Assembly (NCBI GenBank): GCA_964631555.1
Contig: CAZVYR010000006.1
Coordinates: forward strand, 1 to 34,114
Length of the DNA: 34,114 nucleotides
DNA from: an uncultured Leptospirales bacterium
GTDB taxonomy: Bacteria; Spirochaetota; UBA4802; JAFGDQ01
Reading direction: 5' to 3'
A program made the position numbers and the translations under genes. Below the pieces are notes generated by a model. It had not been told where the DNA came from, did no database searches, and saw nothing but the letters and a program-made list of their open reading frames with translations. This document shows positions 26,545 through 34,114 of this stretch, piece after piece (position 1 is the first letter of the stretch; each line of letters opens with the position of its first letter).

Positions 26545-27819
26545 TTAATCGTCAAAATTCCCTTTAGAACCCTTCTCCGAATGAATCGTCTTTACTTTTT
26601 CTTTTATCTTGTCTGTAGTCCATTCATCAGGACTTTCAATCCTCTTGGCCTTTGGGGAAAGGTCGAATGAACCGGCTTTTAATATATTTTCAATAGCAAG
26701 TGGTGCAGTATCTCCTGCGTTAAAGACACTGGTAAGAATATTATAAACAAAATCTTCAACCCGCTTGGACATTCTTTCACGTACTTCTCTGGGCTGTGTC
26801 ATCAATTTATTCTCAAAAGGAAGATTCAGCTTCTTATAATCTCCTTTTTTCAAATCCTTTCCCTTTGCATAATCAACCATTTCAAGCCACATTTCCTCTG
26901 ATACTCCCTGGTTCTTTACTTTTATAAATCCCCCATCAGCATCCAATTGAGCATTGCCGTAATCATTGACCTCAAGACCCCATGAGAGCATCTGCAGGGC
27001 TGTCGCTACATTTGCCTTGGTTGTATTTGTCTCAGCCGCTATCCTCCTTAAACGCTCCGAGCTGTTGCCTGAAGTACCGTGTTGCGCACCTGATATATTA
27101 TATTTAGTAAGCGCCTTATGTATCTCCGCAGTCAGCTCAACCTGTATCCCTGCATCGCTGGCCTCTATACCATGCGTGGTCCCGTTATTCAACGCTATCC
27201 AGTCCGGAAAAATATTATGAGCATTCAAACCCTGTATGAGGAATAAAGCCTCTTCTTTTGTGGATAATCCTTCTTTGCCTTTGATCTCGCCAACCTCAGT
27301 TTCAAGCCCGGCCCAAACAGGTACAAACGGATTCAGTTCAATATTGGCTAGCAAATTCTCATCATCAGGAAGATGGGAAGCATCAATAGCGATCGATGTA
27401 AGGCCGGCGTCAAACATAGAAGGGATCTCACTCTTGGCCTTTTCAATGTCTTTATTATTCTTGATACCGTAATGATCCGCATGCAAAGCGACCGGTACTG
27501 TTATATTCAACTCGTTCATTACAGCATCAACCAGAACAGCCATATTCCAGTAATTTACAGCACAATAAGCGCCGGTACCTCCTTCCGACTTCGCAATCTC
27601 GATAATAAGTGCCGCGTTTGCTCTTTGAGCCGCCTGCAACGTCCCGCGTATCACAAAATAATTTCTGGCATTGGCAGCTATTGTCATTGCCTTACCCTTT
27701 GCCCTTAAGGCCCTGTCTATCGCTTTACCGCTCACAATCAATGCCTTTGAATGCGGGAACAACTTGGTTACATTTGGCGGCCTCCCAATCTCAAGCACTT
27801 TTTCAAAATCTGAAGACAT
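26545..27819 (-). CDS. Class II (metal-dependent) fructose/ketose-bisphosphate aldolase family protein, long form
   Basis: 424 aa. It has VPVALHADHYG, IAIDASHL, LETEVGEIKG and GAQHGTSGNS (metal and phosphate ligands of the class II aldolase fold). A strong SD AAGGAGG lies upstream. Confidence 0.8.
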   Translation of the reverse strand: MSSDFEKVLEIGRPPNVTKLFPHSKALIVSGKAIDRALRAKGKAMTIAANARNYFVIRGTLQAAQRANAALIIEIAKSEGGTGAYCAVNYWNMAVLVDAVMNELNITVPVALHADHYGIKNNKDIEKAKSEIPSMFDAGLTSIAIDASHLPDDENLLANIELNPFVPVWAGLETEVGEIKGKEGLSTKEEALFLIQGLNAHNIFPDWIALNNGTTHGIEASDAGIQVELTAEIHKALTKYNISGAQHGTSGNSSERLRRIAAETNTTKANVATALQMLSWGLEVNDYGNAQLDADGGFIKVKNQGVSEEMWLEMVDYAKGKDLKKGDYKKLNLPFENKLMTQPREVRERMSKRVEDFVYNILTSVFNAGDTAPLAIENILKAGSFDLSPKAKRIESPDEWTTDKIKEKVKTIHSEKGSKGNFDD

Positions 27820-27903
27820 AAGAATACCTCCTTATTTATCTATATCATTTAAAGTATCAATCGAACTAAGCAATTAAGTCGTCCTGACTGACTTTTAACT
27901 TTC

Positions 27904-28797
27904 TTATTTTTTATTTTTCATGTCATTAAAAACTTCCTGAGCCTGCTTTGGATTGGCCTTCTCATGAATGACCGCGTACAGAGCCCTCATCATCGCTAGC
28001 GGGTATGAATGCTGCCAGATGTTCCTTCCAAGATTAACTCCGATAGCTCCTTTTTGTATGCCGTCATAAACAAAATCGAATACTTCCATTTCAGTCTCGC
28101 ATTTGGGACCGCCGGCTATCACAACCGGCACAGGGCATCCGTTAGTCACTTTCTCGAAGTCCTCTGCAGCGTAATAGGTTTTAACGACCTTTGCTCCTAA
28201 TTCAGCAGCAATACGGCAGGATAAAGCCAGGAACCTGGCGGTTCTTTTATCAAGCTCTTTGCCTACTGCAGTGACTGCCATAACAGGGATACCATAGTCC
28301 TCGCAATCGTTTACGAGTTCTGCAAGATTCTGCAGGCTCTCCTTTTCATAATCACTTCCTACAAAGATAGAAAGACCCACTGCCGCGACATTCAGCCTGA
28401 TAATATCCTCAATCGAAGTCGTTACCACTTCATTAGCAAGATCTTTACCTATAACGCTGGTACCGCCGGAGACACGCAGAATAACCGGTGTATCGATATC
28501 CGGGTCAATGGAACTCCGCAATACGCCCCTTGTAACAAACAGCCCGTCCGCATAAGGCAGCAGTTCTTTTATAGTCTCAGCAGGCCTTTCCAGGCATCTT
28601 GTAGGGCCCTGGAAGTAACCATGATCTATAGGCAAAAAGAAACAATGCCCATCCGGTTTAATGAGGCGCGACAGCCTGTTTCTTACACCCCAGTCAATGC
28701 TGTCCGCTCCTTTAATATATTTACCTGTTACGGTTTTATTTATTTCCGGCATTTCATTTATTCCGCGTGCTTCTAAAATACCTTCCGCGTCTGCCAT
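27904..28797 (-). CDS. Class I aldolase of the DhnA/FbaB/LsrF (DeoC-like) family
   Basis: 297 aa. DWGVRNRLSRLIKPDGHCFFLPIDHGYFQGP, RIAAELGAKVVKTYY, CPVPVVIAGGPK and GVNLGRNIWQ align closely with my memory of E. coli LsrF. The specific substrate is unknown. Confidence 0.85.
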   Translation of the reverse strand: MADAEGILEARGINEMPEINKTVTGKYIKGADSIDWGVRNRLSRLIKPDGHCFFLPIDHGYFQGPTRCLERPAETIKELLPYADGLFVTRGVLRSSIDPDIDTPVILRVSGGTSVIGKDLANEVVTTSIEDIIRLNVAAVGLSIFVGSDYEKESLQNLAELVNDCEDYGIPVMAVTAVGKELDKRTARFLALSCRIAAELGAKVVKTYYAAEDFEKVTNGCPVPVVIAGGPKCETEMEVFDFVYDGIQKGAIGVNLGRNIWQHSYPLAMMRALYAVIHEKANPKQAQEVFNDMKNKK

Positions 28798-28969
28798 AAT
28801 TATTTCTCCATTTAATTAATATTTTTTCTCAATATGAGTGAATTTTGCTGTATTATTCTTCCTAAGATAACACATCCTGACAAAAATACTTTAAATGCGA
28901 AAAAACTAAAAGGTCAAGTAATAAATTAAAATACAGATTCCAAATCATAAAAGTAAAAACATTTTAACT

Positions 28970-31591
28970 TTATTCCTGAATTATTTTTCCCGCTAATTTT
29001 AGCGCCTGATCCAGGGCTTTTTGAAGTGCTTCAGGGGATTTGCCGCCTGCCTGGGCCATGTCCTTTCTGCCGCCTCCGCCGCCGCCTACGGTTTTGGCTG
29101 CCTCTTTTATCAGCCTTCCGCAGTCTATACCTTTCTCAACAGCTTCTTTTGTTGCGGCAAAAAGCAACAAGGCTTTATCTTGCGTTCTTGAGCCAAAACA
29201 CGTCAAAGAAGTCCGCTCTTTTGACCTGACAGCATCTGACAAATTTCTGAGATCATCAGCATTCATTTCATCGAATTCATGAACAATTATTTTTACACCA
29301 TTTACTATCACTGCATCCCTGATCAAAGAATCTATATCCAGTGATGCTTTACCTGCTTTGATCTTCTTTATCTCTTTTTCAAGTTTACTTATACGCTCAA
29401 TCATTTCCGAAATCCTTTTCGGTAAATCGGATTCGGCTATATTCAGATCACGACATATATTTGAGAGTATCCGGTTCTGTGTGTTAAATCTTTCATAAAC
29501 ACCTTTCAGCGTAACAGCTTCGATCCTTCTGACGCCTGCACCGGGAGAGGCTTCCTTAAGGATCTTAAAGATACCGATCTTCCCTGTATTATCGACATGC
29601 GTCCCGCCGCAGAGCTCCATACTGAAATTATCAACGCTGATCACTCTTACAGTATCCTCGTATTTTTCATCGAAAACAGCAAGCGCTCCTTTTGATACTG
29701 CGCTGTTAATATCCGTTATTTCAGTACGAACAGGCTGCGCCCCCCATATCTTCTCATTTACAAGATTTTCAATCTTGCTGATCTCATCTTTTGAGAGGGG
29801 ATTAAAATGAGAGAAGTCAAACCTGAACCTGTCGGGCTCTACAAGCGATCCTGCCTGCTGGACATGCTCTCCGAGAACTCTTCTTAAAGAAGCCTGCAGC
29901 AAATGGGTTGCAGTATGATTTGCCCTGATCAGATTCCTTCTCAGAATATCTATTTCGGTTTTTACAGTATCTCCTGCAGCAAATCCGCCTTTGATAACTT
30001 CCCCGGCATGGACGATTGTTTTGTTATATTTCTGGGTATCGTCAACTCTGAAGATGCCTTTATCCGATGTTATGATGCCTTTATCCCCTACCTGGCCGCC
30101 TGATTCACCATAGAAGGAAGTGGCTTTGGTAATAATACAGCCTTTCTCATTTAGATTGATTTCCCCGGCAAGCTCATTGTCTTTTCCTATGGAAGTTATT
30201 TGTGATTCAACAGATGTACTGTCATATCCCATGAAATCCGTAGGGCCGGATTCTTTTATTATTTCATTTATAAAATTTTCATATACAGGATCATTGCCTT
30301 TCCAGCTCAATCTTCCCCTTTCGCGCTGCTTTTCCATTTCAGCTTCAAAGCCTTTTTCATCAACAGACATATCATAGTCGCGCACTATGTCTGCAGTGAG
30401 GTCCAGGGGAAAGCCATAAGTATCATATAATTTAAAAGCAATATCGCCCGGAATTATTTTACCGTTTAATTCCTGAATGGCATTTTGCAGGACTCTCATC
30501 CCGTTATCCAGTGTTCTTGCGAATTGTTCTTCCTCCCTGCTGAGGGTTTCTTCCACGTATGATTGCTTTTTAACGATATCGGGATATGCATCACCCATTT
30601 CTTTTTTAAGAGGATCTACCAGCTTATAAAAAAAGTTATCCTTAACACCGAGTTTATGCCCGTGCCTCAAGGCACGGCGTATGATGCGCCGGAGCACATA
30701 ACCCCGGCCTTCATTTGACGGAAGGACACCGTCCGTTATAAGGAAACCTGCTGAACGGATGTGGTCCGCTATAACGCGCAGCGACTTATTCTGAATATCC
30801 TTTTCGCCCATGATCCGCGCAGCAGCAGCTAACAGATTCTTAAAAAGATCTATATCATAATTGCTGTGCACTCCCTGCATAACAGCAGCGATCCGTTCAA
30901 GGCCCATGCCTGTGTCAACCGAAGGTTTCGGCAAAGGCGTGAGAGTGCCGTCGGCCGAGCGGTCGTACTGCATAAAGACAAGATTCCATATCTCCACATA
31001 ACGGTCAAGATCGTCATTCTCGCTGCCTGGAGGGCCTCCCGGAACATCTTCCCCGTGATCGTAAAATATCTCGGAACAGGGGCCGCAGGGGCCTGTGTCT
31101 CCCATGGCCCAGAAGTTCTCCTTTTCGCCCATGCGGGAGAATCTTGCCGGGTCTGCACGTACTTCATCAAGCCAGATGCCTGCGGCTTCATCGTCTTCTT
31201 CGTAAACAGTGACCCACAGTTTTTCCTGCGGAATATTCAGGACTTGTGTTAGATATTCCCAGGCAAACTTTATAGCGTCACGCTTAAAGTAATCGCCAAA
31301 GCTGAAGTTGCCGAGCATTTCAAAGAAGGTATGGTGACGGGAAGTATACCCGACCTTTTCCAGGTCATTGTGCTTGCCTCCTGCGCGGACGCATCGCTGA
31401 ACCGTTGTAGCACGTTTATATTCGCGCTCTTCCTGACCCAGGAAAACATTCTTGAACTGGACCATGCCTGCGTTTGTAAAAAGCAGAGTCGGATCCTCTT
31501 TCGGTACAAGTGGGCTTGAAGGGAGGACCATGTGGCCTTTGTCCCTGAAATAGTTAAGAAACGACTGTCTTAAATCACTGGTGGTTAACAT
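28970..31591 (-). CDS. alaS: Alanine--tRNA ligase
   Basis: 873 aa. It has FTNAGMVQFK, the editing-domain motifs HTATHLL and CGGTH, and a C-terminal DHHA1 region with GGGGGGRKDMAQAGG. Confidence 0.98.
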   Translation of the reverse strand: MLTTSDLRQSFLNYFRDKGHMVLPSSPLVPKEDPTLLFTNAGMVQFKNVFLGQEEREYKRATTVQRCVRAGGKHNDLEKVGYTSRHHTFFEMLGNFSFGDYFKRDAIKFAWEYLTQVLNIPQEKLWVTVYEEDDEAAGIWLDEVRADPARFSRMGEKENFWAMGDTGPCGPCSEIFYDHGEDVPGGPPGSENDDLDRYVEIWNLVFMQYDRSADGTLTPLPKPSVDTGMGLERIAAVMQGVHSNYDIDLFKNLLAAAARIMGEKDIQNKSLRVIADHIRSAGFLITDGVLPSNEGRGYVLRRIIRRALRHGHKLGVKDNFFYKLVDPLKKEMGDAYPDIVKKQSYVEETLSREEEQFARTLDNGMRVLQNAIQELNGKIIPGDIAFKLYDTYGFPLDLTADIVRDYDMSVDEKGFEAEMEKQRERGRLSWKGNDPVYENFINEIIKESGPTDFMGYDSTSVESQITSIGKDNELAGEINLNEKGCIITKATSFYGESGGQVGDKGIITSDKGIFRVDDTQKYNKTIVHAGEVIKGGFAAGDTVKTEIDILRRNLIRANHTATHLLQASLRRVLGEHVQQAGSLVEPDRFRFDFSHFNPLSKDEISKIENLVNEKIWGAQPVRTEITDINSAVSKGALAVFDEKYEDTVRVISVDNFSMELCGGTHVDNTGKIGIFKILKEASPGAGVRRIEAVTLKGVYERFNTQNRILSNICRDLNIAESDLPKRISEMIERISKLEKEIKKIKAGKASLDIDSLIRDAVIVNGVKIIVHEFDEMNADDLRNLSDAVRSKERTSLTCFGSRTQDKALLLFAATKEAVEKGIDCGRLIKEAAKTVGGGGGGRKDMAQAGGKSPEALQKALDQALKLAGKIIQE

Positions 31592-31681
31592 TATCGGCCT
31601 TTATTTTTTTTCCCCGGAGTTATTCAGTGCCTGGTTAGCAATAGTATAATAAATATGGGTATTTGGCAATTCCAGGCAGTG

Positions 31682-32305
31682 TCATATATATCCATCTTCG
31701 CTTAATCTGTCAATTATCAATCTGACCTGGTCTTCCATAAATCCTTTTTGTCTTAAAAAATACAGCAGCTTTGACAATTTATTCTTCTTGTTTTCCAGGC
31801 TCTTTATCTTTTTTACAGCTAAGCCGTATACTTCATCCGGATCTATTTTATCAGCCCCGGTTTCCCTGATCGCTTTTTTTATGATATCCCTGCTTACACC
31901 TTTTTTAAACAAGTCCCTCTTAAGGGCATTCTCTCCGATTATCTTTGACTTTTTCCTGCTGTTAATGAATCTGACTGCAAAATCATAATCGTCGATATAA
32001 CCTTCACTTTTAAATCTCTTCAGTATTTCATCTATAATATCGCCGGGAAAGCCTTTTTTGGTAAGGTAAATGCGCATTTCCCGGTATGAACGGCTTCGGA
32101 TTGCCAGGTAATTCAGGGCTTTTAATTTACAATTTAGCTTTAAAGACTCATCCTTGAGCTGCAGGTACAGTTCGCTGTCAATGGTCTTTCCTTTTTGCAG
32201 GGAATACATATTGTAAACCTCAAGCGTAAGGCTGAGAGATTCACCTGTATCAAGCTCGATCTTAATATAATTATCAGAGTACTTTATATTTATTATTTGT
32301 ACCAT
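31682..32305 (-). CDS. recX: RecA regulator RecX
   Basis: 207 aa made of three tandem helical repeats (ALNYLAIRSRSYREMRIYLTKKGF.., ..ALKRDLFKKGVSRDII.., KLLYFLRQKGF). It has the conserved position immediately upstream of alaS. Confidence 0.9.
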   Translation of the reverse strand: MVQIINIKYSDNYIKIELDTGESLSLTLEVYNMYSLQKGKTIDSELYLQLKDESLKLNCKLKALNYLAIRSRSYREMRIYLTKKGFPGDIIDEILKRFKSEGYIDDYDFAVRFINSRKKSKIIGENALKRDLFKKGVSRDIIKKAIRETGADKIDPDEVYGLAVKKIKSLENKKNKLSKLLYFLRQKGFMEDQVRLIIDRLSEDGYI

Positions 32306-32338
32306 TTTATTATATTACCCGGTAAAACAATGCTTATT

Positions 32339-32374
32339 AAAAAAAAAAGAGAGTGCCTGTGCAAAGACACCCTC
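32339..32374 (-). terminator. Rho-independent terminator of the rplM-rpsI operon
   Basis: The minus-strand RNA reads GAGGGUGUC-UUUGCACA-GGCACUCUC, a 9-bp stem with two G-U pairs, followed by ten U. It lies 36 nt after the rpsI stop. Confidence 0.75.
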
Positions 32375-32409
32375 CCTCTTGTTCCTGATATCGTAATAGA
32401 AATATATTA

Positions 32410-32802
32410 TTAACGTTTTGAAAACTGGAAACTTTTTCTGGCTTTCTTTCTGCCGTACTTTTTACGTTCGACTTTTCTTGAGTCTCTTGTCAGGTAGCCT
32501 GCTTCGCGCAAAGGTTTTCTGTTTTTCTCATCAATAGCCACAAGACACCTGGCTATACCAAGCCTGACTGCGCCTGCCTGGCCCGACCATCCGCCGCCGT
32601 TCACGAATGCTTTTACATCATAAGCCCCGAGGCTGTCAGTGCATTCAAGCGGTTGTTTAACAATAAGACCAAGTGTTCCTCTTCGAAAATAATCAGTTAT
32701 CGGCTGCCTGTTGACCGTGATCTGTCCTGTTCCCGGAGTGAGCCAGACCTTGGCAATTGCCGACTTTCTTCTGCCTGTTGCGTAATTTTTATTATCCGCC
32801 AT
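32410..32802 (-). CDS. rpsI: 30S ribosomal protein S9
   Basis: 130 aa. It has [31 protein letters not shown] and the C-terminal [12 protein letters not shown]. Confidence 0.97.
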   Translation of the reverse strand: MADNKNYATGRRKSAIAKVWLTPGTGQITVNRQPITDYFRRGTLGLIVKQPLECTDSLGAYDVKAFVNGGGWSGQAGAVRLGIARCLVAIDEKNRKPLREAGYLTRDSRKVERKKYGRKKARKSFQFSKR

Positions 32803-32843
32803 GTATAAAACTCCTGTATATTAGCCGTGTTTCCTTATTTTAT

Positions 32844-33281
32844 TCAGACTTCCAGTTTCTCGGGGATCTGCGCGTCATGAGGATGCTCAGATCCTGAATA
32901 TACTTTCAGGTTACTGAAAATCTTTTTTCCCAGTTTATTTTTAGGAAGCATTCCTTTTACTGCGTGTTCGAGAATAAATTCCGGTTTGGACTTCATGATT
33001 TTCTTTATATTTGTTAATTTTATCCCGCCCGGGTACTGGGAATGACTGAAATATTCTTTATTATCTGCTTTGCTTCCTGTCAGGGCAACTTTATCAGCAT
33101 TGATCACTATTACATAATCCCCCATATCCAGATGAGGTGTAAAATCGGGTTTATTTTTACCCCGAAGTATGTTTGCTATTTTTACCGCGACCCTGCCGAG
33201 TATTTTCCCTTCAGCATCAATAAGATACCATTTCTTGTCGATTTCCGACGCTTTCATTGTATATGTCTTCTGCATGCTCAT
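32844..33281 (-). CDS. rplM: 50S ribosomal protein L13
   Basis: 145 aa. It has KKWYLIDAEGKILGRVAVKIANILRGKNKPDFTPH and GMLPKNKLG. The start could be the Met two codons downstream (33275). Confidence 0.95.
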   Translation of the reverse strand: MSMQKTYTMKASEIDKKWYLIDAEGKILGRVAVKIANILRGKNKPDFTPHLDMGDYVIVINADKVALTGSKADNKEYFSHSQYPGGIKLTNIKKIMKSKPEFILEHAVKGMLPKNKLGKKIFSNLKVYSGSEHPHDAQIPEKLEV

Positions 33282-33374
33282 TACAGATCCTCTTCCAAAA
33301 CTAAATAATATAATTTCACCGGAATAATTACTAGTGAATAACTCATCCCTGATAGGAAAAATTTAGATGACAAA

Positions 33375-33403
33375 ATTATACCTGCATCAGGTTTTGTCAA
33401 CAA
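33375..33403 (-). promoter_or_regulatory. Possible promoter of rplM-rpsI
   Basis: The minus strand has a perfect TATAAT (33380..33375). TTGTTG sits at a 17-nt spacing, and an overlapping TTGACA sits at only 14 nt. This would give a ~85-nt leader. Confidence 0.35.
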
Positions 33404-33659
33404 AAAAGTATATTAATATGCTTCACTTTATGATTTGCAAAGTATTTCAGCCTGTAAAAAATGCCGGGATATTAAAAAAATCATGTTACCGGGCAGGTAT
33501 TTAGTATTATAATATATTAAAGAACATGAAAAGCAAAGTATTATTTATTCTATCATGAAGGCTTTTCATTAAGGCAGTTATTTAAAATGACTCACTTTTT
33601 GCTGAATTAATTGCAGTTGAATCATTAATCTTAAAATTTATTACAGGATACGGTCAATT

Positions 33660-34114
33660 ATGAAAAAAATATCTTATATACTTGCTGTACCAGTCATAGT
33701 TTTTCTTTCAATATTGTCAATTCTTTTCGCTAACACGACCCGTGATATCGGGGAAAACCCTGATTTAAACCGCGGCCTTATTTCCAAATGGATAGTCTTT
33801 TACACAAATATCCAAAGAGTTAAAAACAGCCTTTCTCCTCTCGAGTATGACCCTGTTCTTGAGCAAGCTGCTATTTGGCAGGCGGAATACTGCGCCGGGA
33901 TTAAAACATTAAATCACTATGCCGTGACTGCCGGGATGCGTTCGGTTAAAGACAGGATAGAACACTTTGGCGGTATTTGCAGTCTTTGCGGGGAAAATCT
34001 TACTGTTAAATTCAGTACAAATTCCGAGAATATTCCCTTTTTCAAGAAAAGGGATTCCGAGGGAGAATATCGCGACTTTGGTGATTATACTGTTTACTGG
34101 CTGAATGAGCAGCA
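33660..34114 (+). CDS. Exported CAP/SCP/PR-1-like domain protein, N-terminal part (continues beyond the right edge)
   Basis: Absent from the ORF track because it has no stop in the window. My own translation gives MKKISYILAVPVIVFLSILSILFA..ISKWIVFYTNIQRVKNSLSPLEYDPVLEQAAIWQAEYCAGIKTLNHY... The N.R....L.PL..D..L...A..HA...H pattern is typical of CAP domains. Confidence 0.7.
   Translation, partial: MKKISYILAVPVIVFLSILSILFANTTRDIGENPDLNRGLISKWIVFYTNIQRVKNSLSPLEYDPVLEQAAIWQAEYCAGIKTLNHYAVTAGMRSVKDRIEHFGGICSLCGENLTVKFSTNSENIPFFKKRDSEGEYRDFGDYTVYWLNEQ

Noticed and set aside
27904-28797. Calling the class I aldolase lsrF and inferring an AI-2 (lsr) quorum-sensing operon.
   Set aside because: No lsrK, lsrG, lsrR or lsrACDB genes are adjacent. 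The similarity supports only DhnA/FbaB/LsrF family membership.
31592-31681. A T-box or other known leader upstream of alaS.
   Set aside because: No specifier-loop, T-box or antiterminator sequence is recognisable. Only the inverted repeat reported as a finding is present.
1-34114. I searched for a defence island or mobile element (integrase, transposase, restriction or ATPase-nuclease clusters, tRNA integration site, CRISPR-cas).
   Set aside because: No such gene or repeat architecture is visible. The only nuclease-fold gene is a 118-aa stand-alone GIY-YIG protein flanked by metabolic and transport genes. I therefore do not claim a novel protein-based system.

Overview
This is a 34.1-kb AT-rich bacterial chromosomal segment. 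Porin and outer-membrane beta-barrel genes and a chemotaxis receptor point to a diderm organism; I cannot assign a taxon from sequence alone. The content is mostly housekeeping. On the minus strand there is a phosphate-uptake cluster: a PiT transporter with a PhoU-like tail, then pstC, then pstA truncated at the left edge. Next come a monocistronic dnaK behind a perfect CIRCE operator, a porin plus a small exported protein, a 6-TM methyl-accepting chemotaxis protein, and a 3-hydroxyisobutyryl-CoA-hydrolase-like enzyme. These are followed by an OM beta-barrel, a Bcr/CflA-type MFS pump, an SDR with an extra C-terminal domain, a small GIY-YIG protein, a TauE/SafE permease and a 576-aa exported protein of unknown function. 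Further right are a short PlsB-like acyltransferase, a SAM methyltransferase, DoxX, and a VKOR-thioredoxin fusion. An apparent operon follows: LsrF/DhnA-like class I aldolase, class II aldolase, then a coiled-coil membrane protein. The window ends with recX-alaS, rplM-rpsI and the start of a CAP/SCP-domain protein. I found no tRNA or rRNA genes, CRISPR array, transposase, integrase or recognisable defence-gene cluster, and no convincing novel multi-protein system. The unusual signals are non-coding. Eight intergenic spacers exceed 350 bp. Several carry a recurring 21-22 nt pyrimidine-rich motif (TTCCCCTCCGTTTCARAGYCG, with an anti-Shine-Dalgarno CCTCC core) set in strongly strand-asymmetric TCC-rich islands. 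There are also a promoter-plus-terminator pair that delimits a candidate ~95-nt small RNA, a 28-bp perfect palindrome, and a GC-rich structured leader upstream of the MFS gene. All functional readings of these elements are inference and need genome-wide and transcript data.
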